DNA from: a virus
Virus record (IMG/VR): IMGVR_UViG_3300028840_002524
Span: 32,001-96,000 of that record
Direction: 5' to 3' (one strand)
Length of the DNA stretch: 64,000 nucleotides
The position numbers and the translations under genes were made by a program. The notes under the pieces were generated by a model. The model did no database searches, was not told where the DNA came from, and saw only the letters and a program-made list of their open reading frames with translations. The first letter of the stretch is position 1; the number at the start of each line of letters is the position of its first letter. Positions 1 to 11,071 of this stretch are shown piece by piece.

Positions 1-114
1 ATTCAAACCGACGCCGACCGTCTCAGGGAGGAGGCCAAGGAAGAGAAAGGCGAGGTTCGCCGCCGACTGGAACGCTCGCTCAGGTCCGTACCTCCGCCCA
101 GATATGTGGGTTAA
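1..114 (+). CDS. C-terminal end of probable neck / head-tail adaptor protein (partial)
   Basis: Frame 1 reads IQTDADRLREEAKEEKGEVRRRLERSLRSVPPPRYVG* (TAA 112-114); charged helix ending in a Pro/aromatic-Gly tail as in T4 gp13-like neck proteins; precedes structural genes. Confidence 0.5.
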   Translation: MQTDADRLREEAKEEKGEVRRRLERSLRSVPPPRYVG

Positions 115-147
115 ACAACGTAAACCGTTTGAGAGGAGGAAACTACT

Positions 148-882
148 ATGGGTCTCGACACTCTGACAAGGGAAGGAACCCCTTATGCACGCGGATCTTC
201 GTTCAACGCCCTGGTGCAGATCCTACAGAACGCGGGCATCGCCGTGGACAAAGGCGGCGCTGGCGTCGGATGGGTGCGGTTCGCCGCGCAGCCCCTCGCC
301 GACGACACCCTGACGATCAACGGGCGCGTCTACTGCTTCGATCCCACGGGCGGGGCCCCGGCCTACGACGTTGCCGTCACCATCGGCGCGGCCGTGACCA
401 ACACCATCGACAACCTTCTGGCGGAGATCAACGCCGACGCGGACACCCGCTGCCACGCAGCGAAGGGCGCGGGCGCGGTGGTCTGCATGCTCCAGTCCAC
501 GGACACGGGACCGACCTCGAACTTCGCCTTGGCGGAGTCCACGGCCGGTGTCCGGATGATCCTGAGCGCCGCAGCAGCGGTCGGCGGGGAAGCCAAGAAC
601 GCCATCCCCACCATCCGCAAGGCCACCTACGAGGTGACGGCCGCCGACGTGGCGTCCCTCGCAATCCCGGCCGAGCTGCCCGTCGCCACCTTCCCGGGAA
701 CCGTCGCCCCCACGGTCATCGTGGTGGGAGTCGTGACCTCGGCCGGTGTGGTGGTCCCGCTGACGGTCGCCATCACGCTCGTGTGGAGGCAGTTCAACTC
801 CGGATTCTGGACCCTGTGCATCCAGGACTCGGCAGCGGTGCTCACGGCCGCCGACGTGGTGTCCGTGCTGGTGATCTCGTAG
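148..882 (+). CDS. virion structural / decoration protein
   Basis: RBS GAGGA upstream; Ala/Thr/Val/Gly-rich, 'DTLTINGRVYCF' element typical of sheath/decoration domains; followed by terminator. Confidence 0.6.
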   Translation: MGLDTLTREGTPYARGSSFNALVQILQNAGIAVDKGGAGVGWVRFAAQPLADDTLTINGRVYCFDPTGGAPAYDVAVTIGAAVTNTIDNLLAEINADADTRCHAAKGAGAVVCMLQSTDTGPTSNFALAESTAGVRMILSAAAAVGGEAKNAIPTIRKATYEVTAADVASLAIPAELPVATFPGTVAPTVIVVGVVTSAGVVVPLTVAITLVWRQFNSGFWTLCIQDSAAVLTAADVVSVLVIS

Positions 883-900
883 GGACAACTTTTGCGTTCT

Positions 901-940
901 GAGGGGACGGGGGCGCTTCTGCGCCCCCTCCCTCTTTCGG
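901..940 (+). terminator. probable intrinsic terminator
   Basis: GGGGGCGC-TTCT-GCGCCCCC hairpin (extendable GAGGG/CCCTC) followed by TTTC, just after stop at 882. Confidence 0.6.
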
Positions 941-960
941 CTTGATACTTATGGCCGTCC

Positions 961-1518
961 ATGGAACTTCCCGTCTATTTTCCCGTCACCGAGGGGGACA
1001 TCAAACGGGGAATTCGCTCCCCGAACCTCGGCGGCCATAGCTTCCCGTGCAGCGCGACGAATGCGTTCTACGGGATTGAGCCCACAGATTCGATCAAGCA
1101 GGCTTTCGAGAAGCTCTTTCCCGGCGGCGGCCCGGGAACGGACGATGTTGAGTACATTTTTACCTCCACACGAAGCACACCCCAGGGCGGAATACTTTAT
1201 CTTGAAATAGGAAACGTCACCTGCATGCGTGCTGGTGTCACGGCCATTTCGGCCACGAACCTTACAGGAATCTCGGTGCGCGTAGACGCGGCCGATGGAG
1301 GACGGGATTTCGATTTCGAGGTGGTGACCGCCCCAAGCAGCGCCACCCCGACACCCATCGGGGCGCTGTCCCTCAGCGGCGCCCTGTCGAATCAAAGAGA
1401 CGACTTAAACGTAGCGATCCCGGCGGGAACCGAGTGGGGTGTTCGGGTTGTTCAAACGAGCGGTTCCGGACGCTCTTCTTTCCGTAAGATGGTAGTAGCA
1501 GTTCGACTGAGGAATTAA
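961..1518 (+). CDS. virion fibre-associated protein; C-terminal beta domain paralogous to the collagen protein head
   Basis: [12 protein letters not shown]...GVRVVQTSGSGRSSF matches [12 protein letters not shown]...[15 protein letters not shown] in 1522..3243. Confidence 0.7.
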   Translation: MELPVYFPVTEGDIKRGIRSPNLGGHSFPCSATNAFYGIEPTDSIKQAFEKLFPGGGPGTDDVEYIFTSTRSTPQGGILYLEIGNVTCMRAGVTAISATNLTGISVRVDAADGGRDFDFEVVTAPSSATPTPIGALSLSGALSNQRDDLNVAIPAGTEWGVRVVQTSGSGRSSFRKMVVAVRLRN

Positions 1519-1521
1519 CAC

Positions 1522-3243
<1,722 letters not shown>

Positions 3244-3244
3244 G

Positions 3245-4369
3245 GTGTCGATTGTTCTCGTGGTCAAAAATGAGGGCACAGAAGACGTTCTCATCGAGGA
3301 CCTCGGGTTCACTATTTCCGGAGAATCCCAGGAGCAGGTGAATGACCTGTTCGACATCCGGAGCTTTCTTCTCTCGGAGAATTTGCGGCAGTTTGCGCTG
3401 GCGGGAACGCTCAAGCTCAACGACGGGACATCCGACATCCCCGTTTCCGAGGTGGACGATTTCATTCAGTACCACAACACGGGCCCTGATCAGGCCCATG
3501 AGGTGGCGGTAGACGCAACCGAGTTCAGCGGCCATCTTGGAACCGGGGACAGCGACGTACAGGCGGCCCTGCGAACCCTCGATCAGCTCCCGATCTCCGG
3601 TGTGACGGGCCCCACGGGTCCGGACGTGCACAATGATCTCACCGGCCGAGACACCTACCCGGCCCACCCGGATAGCGCCCTCAGCCGTTCCGTGCAGAAC
3701 AAGTCCGACAATTACACAATGGTCCTGTCGGATTTCGGAACCACCCTGCGGTTCACGAACTCCACCCAGAAAACGCTCACCCTCTACTCCCTTTCGGGAA
3801 CCGAGACCGGGCGCGAGGTGGAGGTGATCCGGACAGGGACGGGGAGTCTCCTCCTGGCAGTCCCCTCGGGATATACGCTGTACTTCCTCGGCGTGCAGTA
3901 CACGGGGGCCGCGACGGTCGAGATCAACGAGCAATGGAGGCGCATTCAGCTTCGGGCGATCTCGGCGACGGAATGGGAGGCGAGCCTCGACGCCTTGGCG
4001 TTCAACGAGTGGAGCTCTGAGGTGTCCGATGACGGCGAGTCCACCACCACATCACAGACGTTGCAGACGAAGCTATCCCACACGACAGAGGAACTCCCGG
4101 CTGGAAAATACAGGGTGGGATATGGGTGTGAGTACGGGAATAACATCCAGAAAGCCACCGAGGTCACCGTCGAGGTCGAGGGTTCCACCGTCGCGCTCGT
4201 GCAATCGTCTGTCACCGAGGGGGATTACTGGAATCCGTTCGCAGGATTTTATTACTACGACCTTGCAGCCGACGGAACCATCACCGTTGATCTCAAATAT
4301 AGGAACCTTGACACCGGCGGAACCGCGAGGATTCGCTGCGCACGGATTGAGGTATGGAGGGTGGAGTAG
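3245..4369 (+). CDS. virion fibre protein sharing the N-terminal domain of the collagen protein
   Basis: LVVKNEG...IEDLGFTI...GTLKLNDGT...FIQYHNTG aligns with LVIKNGG...IPDLGFAI...GTLELNNGT...FMQYHDTG; 'DVQAALRTL' and 'HNDLTGRD' fibre motifs. Confidence 0.7.
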   Translation: MSIVLVVKNEGTEDVLIEDLGFTISGESQEQVNDLFDIRSFLLSENLRQFALAGTLKLNDGTSDIPVSEVDDFIQYHNTGPDQAHEVAVDATEFSGHLGTGDSDVQAALRTLDQLPISGVTGPTGPDVHNDLTGRDTYPAHPDSALSRSVQNKSDNYTMVLSDFGTTLRFTNSTQKTLTLYSLSGTETGREVEVIRTGTGSLLLAVPSGYTLYFLGVQYTGAATVEINEQWRRIQLRAISATEWEASLDALAFNEWSSEVSDDGESTTTSQTLQTKLSHTTEELPAGKYRVGYGCEYGNNIQKATEVTVEVEGSTVALVQSSVTEGDYWNPFAGFYYYDLAADGTITVDLKYRNLDTGGTARIRCARIEVWRVE

Positions 4370-5268
4370 TGGCGAACGCTTCGTACACGTACACGGTTCC
4401 CGGGTCGTTTCCGAACGGGAAGGTAGCGCCCGCCCGCTTGGACAAAGAGATCCGCGAGTCGGCCATCGTTACCGCCCTCGATGGAGTCTCCACCGGGGGG
4501 ACGACGTGCACCGTCACGTTCAAGGCACAGCTCTCCTCGACGGACAAGCAAATTCTCGACGGCGACCCGTCGCAGACGCCGAACCCCGCCACACCGTGCC
4601 CGGTCGGCAGCCTGATCGGGGACCATTCCGGTGAGCCTCTTTCCGAACAGGTCCCCATCCCCGTGCAGCCGGTGGACACGTCTGGGCTCGATCCCGAGAC
4701 GGCCCTCAACTGCACCGAGGGCCTGTACGTCCCGGTCGAGATCGGTGTAAATCCGTCTGTGCTGAACCAGACGTGGCCGTTCCCCATCGACGCAGTGGCC
4801 GCTCGGTACGTGTTCGACAACCCAGAGTGGGAGCTGGGTGACAAGTTCGACGCCTTCGGGATCGGCGCTGGCGATCCGTCCGTAGGCCCGGTGACGGCGC
4901 CCGTCGCGCAGGGTGGCCGCGTGATCCCTGTGTACCCCACGGTTTTCCAGTACGTGCGGCACGGCTTGTTCGTGAAGTTCGGGAACGAGGACAAGGAGTA
5001 CCGCGTGGCCTCCGAGGACCAGCAGGCCGGGACCATCACGATCATGGAGGACCTGGAGGTGGCGCTCAGCGGCGGGGAGGACGTGCGGCTGAGGCGGCCG
5101 TTCGCAATATCCGTCCCGGTCCACAAGGGGGTCCTCTACCCCATCGGCGACCTGACGGCCGGGTCCTCCCTTGTCAGCGCGGGGAACGTGCTGCGCATCC
5201 GGTACCACCACAAGACAGCGCCGCCGTCGGCCTACGAGATAGGAATGGCCCTAATAACCCTCTTTTGA
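4369..5268 (+). CDS. hypothetical structural protein
   Basis: GTG overlapping upstream TAG, GGAGG upstream; codon usage like neighbours. Confidence 0.6.
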   Translation: MANASYTYTVPGSFPNGKVAPARLDKEIRESAIVTALDGVSTGGTTCTVTFKAQLSSTDKQILDGDPSQTPNPATPCPVGSLIGDHSGEPLSEQVPIPVQPVDTSGLDPETALNCTEGLYVPVEIGVNPSVLNQTWPFPIDAVAARYVFDNPEWELGDKFDAFGIGAGDPSVGPVTAPVAQGGRVIPVYPTVFQYVRHGLFVKFGNEDKEYRVASEDQQAGTITIMEDLEVALSGGEDVRLRRPFAISVPVHKGVLYPIGDLTAGSSLVSAGNVLRIRYHHKTAPPSAYEIGMALITLF

Positions 5269-5278
5269 GGTAACGACG

Positions 5279-5875
5279 ATGCCCGACGGAAAGTACAACT
5301 ACGCCGACGGCCTCAAAGGCTGCCTCGGGTTTTCTCGCACGAAGGGCGGCGGGTTCGGCGGCTTCCTGTCCCGAGCCATCCGGATGTTCTCGGCCGGGGA
5401 ATGGAGCCACGTGTTCGTGGTCCTCGACCGGGTTCCGGACACAGGCGACTACTACATTATCGAGGCGGCCGAGGCGGGGGTGCAGATCAGCCTGTTCTCG
5501 GAGTACGCCGAGGACAAGAACATCGAGTTCGCCCTCTACAAGCCCAAGGTGTCCGAGGAGGCCATCGCCGAGGGGGTCAGGAAGATCCTCCCACTGAACG
5601 GCCGCGCCTACGGTTACCTCCAGTTCGTGGGGTTCATCCTCGTGTGGCCCTACTACATGGTGACCGGGAAGCGGAGACACAACCCGTTCGGTGGTGGTAT
5701 CATCTGCTCCGAGCTCGGACTCATCTACGCGAGGGGAACGCGGGTGAATCCGCCCGTGTTCGACAGGATGGACCTGAACCTCACGTCTCCCGAGGACCTG
5801 AACGACAACGCCGACACTGACCGTACGCACTGGCTTTTGAAGCTGACACACAAGGGGATTCCAGGATCACTATGA
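5279..5875 (+). CDS. permuted papain-like NlpC/P60 (YiiX/YaeF-type) amidase/peptidase
   Basis: His before Cys order: 'WSHVFVV...IIEA...GV' then 'GRAYGY...IICSEL...SPEDL'. Confidence 0.8.
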   Translation: MPDGKYNYADGLKGCLGFSRTKGGGFGGFLSRAIRMFSAGEWSHVFVVLDRVPDTGDYYIIEAAEAGVQISLFSEYAEDKNIEFALYKPKVSEEAIAEGVRKILPLNGRAYGYLQFVGFILVWPYYMVTGKRRHNPFGGGIICSELGLIYARGTRVNPPVFDRMDLNLTSPEDLNDNADTDRTHWLLKLTHKGIPGSL

Positions 5876-6870
5876 GCAACGTGATGCTACACGTGCACAA
5901 CGTCTGTATCTTGGGGGGAGTCCCTGCGTTCATCGCGGACCTCGCGGCGGCCTTTCCCCAGTTCACACACGTTGCCCTCCACGTGAAGGATCAGTCTGAG
6001 CGCAGTGCCGAGCAAATGCTGAACCATGACGGGATCACGGTAGCCCACGGTCCGTGCTCCGAGACCGTCATCGAGTCCTTTGACCCTGCCGTCCTCATCC
6101 TCCACAACATCTCAGGCTCCTCCGTAGAGGGGAAAGCTCCTTGGGGCTGGTTACGCCGGTGGCCGACGATATTCTGGCATCACAGCAGAGTACGCCCGGC
6201 CATCGCTGCCGACCTGCATGTATTCGTCTCCGAGCACCTTCGCCGAAGCTACGCCAACTTGCTTGATAGCATGTTCATAAAGCGGTGGAAGGTGGTGCCT
6301 CCGTGCATCCAGACGGGACGTTTCGCAAGGGTCAAGAGAACCACGGAGCGCACCATCGGGAAGCTCGCCACCCCAACGAGGCCAGAGAAATACCCGTTCG
6401 TCCTCCTCAAGGTGGCGAAGCGCGTGAACGCCCGCCTCGTGATGCCCGGGGCAAACAAGTTCTATCCGAACGAGAACGGGCGCCTCATGTCCCTCATCCC
6501 TTCGTGGCACAAGGTCCCGTGGTTCATGTCCAAGATGGGCGTTTTCGTCTACGTGAACGCGCCGAAGTTCGGCCCGGAGACGTGGTGCCGTGGGGTCACA
6601 GAGGCGCTCGCATCCGGGCTCCCTGTGGTGGCAGAGAACCGTGGAGGGATCGCCGAGCAGATCAAGGAGCGCAGTACGGGGTTCTTGGTCCCTCCGGATG
6701 ACGAATACCTCATCTGGGCCCGCGTGGCTGAGCTCTTCGAGAACCCTGACCTCGCCGAAAAGATGGGAGCGGCCGGTAGGAAGTGGGCGCAGGAGAACGC
6801 GGACATCAAGGTGCTGCAACGTGAGCTGACCGGCGACATCCTCGGGATGGTCACGGGGAGGCCCGTCTAA
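5872..6870 (+). CDS. glycosyltransferase, GT-B fold (GT4-like)
   Basis: N-terminal 'GGV', 'FVSEHL', C-terminal 'ETWCRGVTEALASGLPVVAENRGGIAEQI...TGFLVPP'. Confidence 0.9.
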   Translation: MSNVMLHVHNVCILGGVPAFIADLAAAFPQFTHVALHVKDQSERSAEQMLNHDGITVAHGPCSETVIESFDPAVLILHNISGSSVEGKAPWGWLRRWPTIFWHHSRVRPAIAADLHVFVSEHLRRSYANLLDSMFIKRWKVVPPCIQTGRFARVKRTTERTIGKLATPTRPEKYPFVLLKVAKRVNARLVMPGANKFYPNENGRLMSLIPSWHKVPWFMSKMGVFVYVNAPKFGPETWCRGVTEALASGLPVVAENRGGIAEQIKERSTGFLVPPDDEYLIWARVAELFENPDLAEKMGAAGRKWAQENADIKVLQRELTGDILGMVTGRPV

Positions 6871-7397
6871 TGCCCATCTCCTATCCCGACGCGCTGAGCA
6901 GGATCGGATGGAAGATCATCCAGGTGAAGCCCAAGTCCGTCCTTGACATCGGGTGTGGGTGCGGCCTGTACGGCGTTCTCGCCAGGGAATACACGGACAT
7001 TGACCAACGCAGGCTTGAGCCGTCCACGTGGCAGGCACGCATCGAGGCCGTCGAGGTTTTCCCGGCCTATGTTGGGGAGGTCCACGAGTGGGCCTACGAC
7101 CGGGTGTTCATCGGGGACGCGCTCGAAATACTGCCCGACCTTGGGCGCTACGATCTTATAATCTGTGCCGACGTGATCGAACATTTCTCCTTCGAGGATG
7201 GCTCGCGGCTGCTTGACACGATCCGCGACAAGTCCGACCACGCGATCCTGAGCACACCCGCGAAGTGGATCCCGCAGAAGGACGTATTCGGAAACGAGCA
7301 CGAGACGCATCGCCACCACTGGACCGGCGAGCAGCTCTCGCGGTGGGGAACCGTGGTCCAGATAGGAAGCACCCTTGTGCTGGAGATGAGCGCATGA
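6870..7397 (+). CDS. class I SAM-dependent methyltransferase
   Basis: Motif I 'VLDIGCGCG', 'YDLIICADVIEHF', 'ILSTP'. Confidence 0.9.
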   Translation: MPISYPDALSRIGWKIIQVKPKSVLDIGCGCGLYGVLAREYTDIDQRRLEPSTWQARIEAVEVFPAYVGEVHEWAYDRVFIGDALEILPDLGRYDLIICADVIEHFSFEDGSRLLDTIRDKSDHAILSTPAKWIPQKDVFGNEHETHRHHWTGEQLSRWGTVVQIGSTLVLEMSA

Positions 7398-7873
7398 CCA
7401 CCCCGACGAAAAAAGAACTACAGAAGATGTTCGGCCGCTCCTGGTCCTCGGGAGGGGAAACACCCTGCGGGCAGGGGTCTACCCTCGGTAACACCGTCGA
7501 GATGCGCGAGGGGCTGCGCGATTTCATCGTGAAATACGGGGTGGACAAAATTCGGGACTGCGGGTGCGGCTTCGAGGTGAAGGACGTGATCACGGAGCCC
7601 ATTGACGAGTGCGACCTGATCATCTGCAAGGACGTGTTCATTCACTGGACCAACGAGATGATCATGGACGCCATCGCCAATTTCAGGGACTACGGCCAGT
7701 ATCTCTTTGCCGAGAGCACCCCCGGCATCACCAATGCCGACCGCATGACGACAGGGGGAGGCTTCTCTCGTGTGAACCTGGAGGCGCTCCCGTTCAACCT
7801 CGGGGAGCCCATGGAAGTCATCCATGACAAGAAGTTCCGCCGGTACTATGGGTGGTGGGACCTGAACCCCTGA
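7394..7873 (+). CDS. methyltransferase-like protein (internally shortened)
   Basis: ATGA overlap start; 'CGQGS', 'IRDCGCG', 'DLIICKDVFIH', 'VNLEALPFNL'. Confidence 0.65.
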   Translation: MTTPTKKELQKMFGRSWSSGGETPCGQGSTLGNTVEMREGLRDFIVKYGVDKIRDCGCGFEVKDVITEPIDECDLIICKDVFIHWTNEMIMDAIANFRDYGQYLFAESTPGITNADRMTTGGGFSRVNLEALPFNLGEPMEVIHDKKFRRYYGWWDLNP

Positions 7874-7884
7874 GAGGGCGTACC

Positions 7885-8643
7885 ATGTTCTACAGGTTTG
7901 TAAAAAGCGGCGTTCGACTTCCCCTCGACCTGGACGATATGTACCAGGACGAGGCGTGCTTCATTGCGGGGGGCGCCCCCGTCCTGGAGGACTTCGCCAA
8001 GTTGCTCCACGGCCGCAGGCCGCCAATCCTCGCCATTAACAACGCCGCCACGACGGTGCCCGCCACGTTCTGGGTGGGCGGCGACAAACCGGATTGCATT
8101 GACCGCTCCATCCTCTGCGATCCAACCCTCTTGAAGTTCGGTGTGATCAGCAGAAGGGACTACGCCGTGGAGGGGCGCCCGTGGAAGCTGTGGCCCGGCA
8201 CCCTCTTCTTCGGGACCAAGGACGGATTCAACCAGCGGAACTTCCTCGACCGGCACCGCGATATGTGCTGGTGGAAGAACACGTTTTTTCTTGCTCTCCA
8301 GCTCGCCTACCGCCTGGGTTTCCGGACGGTATACCTCGTGGGCTGCGGCTTCAAAATGGAAAAGGAAAGTCAATACGCATGGAAAACCGCGTTGACCGAT
8401 GAAGAGGTGGCCTGGAACCAGCGCCTCTACAACAACTCCCTTATTCGTTTGAAGGAATTAAAACCTCTCTTTGAAAAAAAGGGACTTCGGGTCGTGAGCT
8501 CTACGCCGGGATCTCTGGCGAATGACATTCTGGAATATGTAGAACCGAGGGATGCGCTGCGCGAGTTCGAGCTTCCCGAGCCGAACACGGTAGTGCTCCC
8601 CCATAGTTCGAAGGTGTCGAAGCCCACGCCCCAGAGGGCATAA
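7885..8643 (+). CDS. Maf/DUF115 (MptE-like) GT-A-like glycosyltransferase
   Basis: 'CFIAGGAPVL', 'ILAINNA', 'ALQLAYRLGFRTVYLVGCGF' pattern. Confidence 0.75.
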   Translation: MFYRFVKSGVRLPLDLDDMYQDEACFIAGGAPVLEDFAKLLHGRRPPILAINNAATTVPATFWVGGDKPDCIDRSILCDPTLLKFGVISRRDYAVEGRPWKLWPGTLFFGTKDGFNQRNFLDRHRDMCWWKNTFFLALQLAYRLGFRTVYLVGCGFKMEKESQYAWKTALTDEEVAWNQRLYNNSLIRLKELKPLFEKKGLRVVSSTPGSLANDILEYVEPRDALREFELPEPNTVVLPHSSKVSKPTPQRA

Positions 8644-8685
8644 CCCCGCACGAGAAGCAGGATGAGATTGTGATGGAAGCAAAGC

Positions 8686-9018
8686 ATGGAAGTACCGACT
8701 CAAGCCATGAATACGCTCAGCGATACCGCGTGGGGTGCGCTCTTTGTCATGATGTGTACGACGATGGGATCGGCCATCGTGTACCTCATGCTTTACGTCC
8801 GTTCGCTCAATAGGAAGATCGAGGACCTCGGTGAGAAGCGGACACAGGATGCGAAAGACGATGCAGCCGAGGCTCAGAAGCTTGTGCGAGAGTCTCTGGA
8901 GGCCGTAAACAAGGCAACCCGGGCCATCGAGGAGCTTTCCCGTAAGGTTGGTGAGTGGCATTCGACTACTATGGATGAACTCGCAAACCTTCGACGCAGG
9001 CTCCCAGGAGGAGACTAA
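8686..9018 (+). CDS. single-TM membrane protein with coiled coil (holin-like)
   Basis: Hydrophobic 'WGALFVMMCTTMGSAIVYLMLYV' then heptad-like charged tail. Confidence 0.55.
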   Translation: MEVPTQAMNTLSDTAWGALFVMMCTTMGSAIVYLMLYVRSLNRKIEDLGEKRTQDAKDDAAEAQKLVRESLEAVNKATRAIEELSRKVGEWHSTTMDELANLRRRLPGGD

Positions 9019-9263
9019 TGATGGAAGCCCTCCGAAAATGGGTGAACGCGCTGTTCGGAAAGAACGGTTTCAGCGAGGAGAGCCACGAGATCGAGGTCAA
9101 GCGGATCAAGGAACGCAGGAATTTTCTGAACGATGAAACGCATGCGAACCTCGGTCGTATGGGAAAGGCTTACGAGGATCTCGACATCCCCGAGGCCCCG
9201 GCCTCCGAACCTGACTGCCTGGACTCCGACGCGCTGGACGCCCGAGGATGCGCGGGCCCGTAG
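9018..9263 (+). CDS. hypothetical protein
   Basis: TAATG coupling, GGAG RBS. Confidence 0.55.
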   Translation: MMEALRKWVNALFGKNGFSEESHEIEVKRIKERRNFLNDETHANLGRMGKAYEDLDIPEAPASEPDCLDSDALDARGCAGP

Positions 9264-9272
9264 GAGGTTCCC

Positions 9273-9500
9273 ATGACCACCGAGGAAGAGGTCCAGGAGA
9301 TGCTTGAGGCCGTTGTCCCTCCGGACCGGGCGGCCCAGGATACCTACGTCATCGCGGCGTACAAGGACAGCCCAACGGATGAGGGAGAGGTCGGGGTCCG
9401 ACAGGCGCTCATGACCAACGAGGAGCAGTTCGGTCTCGCCGAGGACGCCCTCGACGCCCTCTGGACGTACGTGGGTCTCGAACGCGGCTGGCCCTCGTAG
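9273..9500 (+). CDS. hypothetical acidic protein
   Basis: AGGAGG RBS, ATG 9273. Confidence 0.65.
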   Translation: MTTEEEVQEMLEAVVPPDRAAQDTYVIAAYKDSPTDEGEVGVRQALMTNEEQFGLAEDALDALWTYVGLERGWPS

Positions 9501-9507
9501 TTTTCCA

Positions 9508-9536
9508 TTGGACACCGGCACATCGACCCATAGAAT
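9508..9536 (+). promoter_or_regulatory. possible sigma70-type promoter
   Basis: TTGGAC(A)-16/17 bp-TAGAAT in intergenic gap. Confidence 0.4.
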
Positions 9537-9616
9537 GGGTGTATCCCATACCCGGGGGGTACCCGGGGGGCACGAACGGCGACCGTTATAGCTCGCTGGC
9601 GGCCCGGGGAGGAAAG

Positions 9617-9904
9617 ATGGCGACTCCGGAAGGGCTTGTTCGTAGATTCTACGGCTGGCTGCACAAGGTTGAGACCGACCTAAAGCGCGACCGAGGCGCG
9701 GCGCCCATCCTGCCGAAACTCCCCACCACACGGCCCACCTCTCTCACCGAAGTCTCGCGCCTGACCGTAGGCGTGTACGGTGCTCTCACCGGCACAAAGC
9801 ACGAGGAACGTGCGGCCTATTGGCGCGGCATCTTCGAGGGAATAGAGCGCGACGGTTGGCAGGATTCCGCGACTGTTGGTAGCGACAGTGGAGAAAAAAA
9901 TTGA
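9617..9904 (+). CDS. hypothetical protein
   Basis: GGAGG RBS before ATG 9617 (better start than 9539). Confidence 0.6.
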   Translation: MATPEGLVRRFYGWLHKVETDLKRDRGAAPILPKLPTTRPTSLTEVSRLTVGVYGALTGTKHEERAAYWRGIFEGIERDGWQDSATVGSDSGEKN

Positions 9905-10476
9905 CTTGGCCGACACGATACCCGGCGTACATTCGGACGGTGATGGGCGTGCAGGCAGAGCACGACATCCGCCGAATCCCCCGCCTGTGGTATTGGCGCT
10001 TCAACCTCGAAACGACCGACGAGGATACGGTCTATGGCGAGGCGGCCGAGACCCTTCGGAAATACCATGACCCCATCGGGGTGCACCTCCTTGTCCGCGA
10101 GTGGTCCAAGGAAGAGGGTCCCACGAAGATGGGGGTAGACAAGGACGTGGACCTCAAGCTCACCATCTCGCTCGCCGAGGTTGCCCGGCTCGGGCAGCAC
10201 TACGGCCTGGGCAACGAGGCCGAGGAAGGATACATCCCCCACGCCGACGACGTGTTCCAATGGCGCGGGGAACTCTATACGGTCACGGAGAGGCTCCGGA
10301 TCGAGAAGATGATCGGCCCCACCCGGTGGGTGGGACTCTACGCGGGCGCGGCCGTGAAGCTCGTACACGACTCGACCGACATGGACAAGCCGATCAGGGA
10401 ACTACCAGACGACCCACCGCAGCCGCCGTGGCCGGTGGAGATGAGGAAAGATGGCGTCAGTCAAGGTACACCATAG
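9901..10476 (+). CDS. neck / head closure protein (T4 gp14-like)
   Basis: 'DTVYGEA', 'KMGVD', 'IPHADDVFQWRGELYTV' pattern; position before tail completion genes. Confidence 0.6.
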   Translation: MTWPTRYPAYIRTVMGVQAEHDIRRIPRLWYWRFNLETTDEDTVYGEAAETLRKYHDPIGVHLLVREWSKEEGPTKMGVDKDVDLKLTISLAEVARLGQHYGLGNEAEEGYIPHADDVFQWRGELYTVTERLRIEKMIGPTRWVGLYAGAAVKLVHDSTDMDKPIRELPDDPPQPPWPVEMRKDGVSQGTP

Positions 10477-11071
10477 CGTGAAGGTCGGCGGCCGGGTCTA
10501 CAAGCTCCGGACGCGCAAACCCTTCATGACCACCTTGGTGGAGAGCGAGATTCGCGCCACGATACCGCAGATGCGTAACGTGGCGTGGGAGACTCGTGAC
10601 CTACTGATCGACAAGGCCCTCGCGGGAACCGCCCAGGGGCGCCAGAAGGTGCTAAGCCGTGGCGACTTCCCCCGCTCCAAGGCCCCCGGCGGGAGGAAGC
10701 AACGGCGCCCCTTCCCATTCGACCGCGACTCCAACCTACGCCTACAGCCTGACTACGTGGACTGGAAGGTCCGCAACGGCTACGACCCGAGGCCCCTGCT
10801 CGCCTCGGGAGGGTACCTTCGAAATCTCGACGTGTTCGAGTCCAGGACCAAGCAGGGCGTGACCTACGCGGTCCGTCTCAGGCGCGGCCGTTCCATCCGG
10901 ACAGGCATCCCCTACTCCATCCTGTGGCGGTGGCTCGAATTCGGGAACTCCACCACCAAGCCCCGTCCGCATTGGCGCCCCACGGCCCGGATCGTGAAGC
11001 GCCTCGTGAAGCGGATTCCAGATGACGCCAGGGCGCAGGCCGTCCGTGATGCTCTCAGGGAAGCAACATGA
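10451..11071 (+). CDS. tail completion / HK97 gp10-like basic protein
   Basis: Arg-rich; 'WLEFGNSTTKPRPHWRP' resembles the family LEFGT...PRP motif. Confidence 0.65.
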   Translation: MASVKVHHSVKVGGRVYKLRTRKPFMTTLVESEIRATIPQMRNVAWETRDLLIDKALAGTAQGRQKVLSRGDFPRSKAPGGRKQRRPFPFDRDSNLRLQPDYVDWKVRNGYDPRPLLASGGYLRNLDVFESRTKQGVTYAVRLRRGRSIRTGIPYSILWRWLEFGNSTTKPRPHWRPTARIVKRLVKRIPDDARAQAVRDALREAT

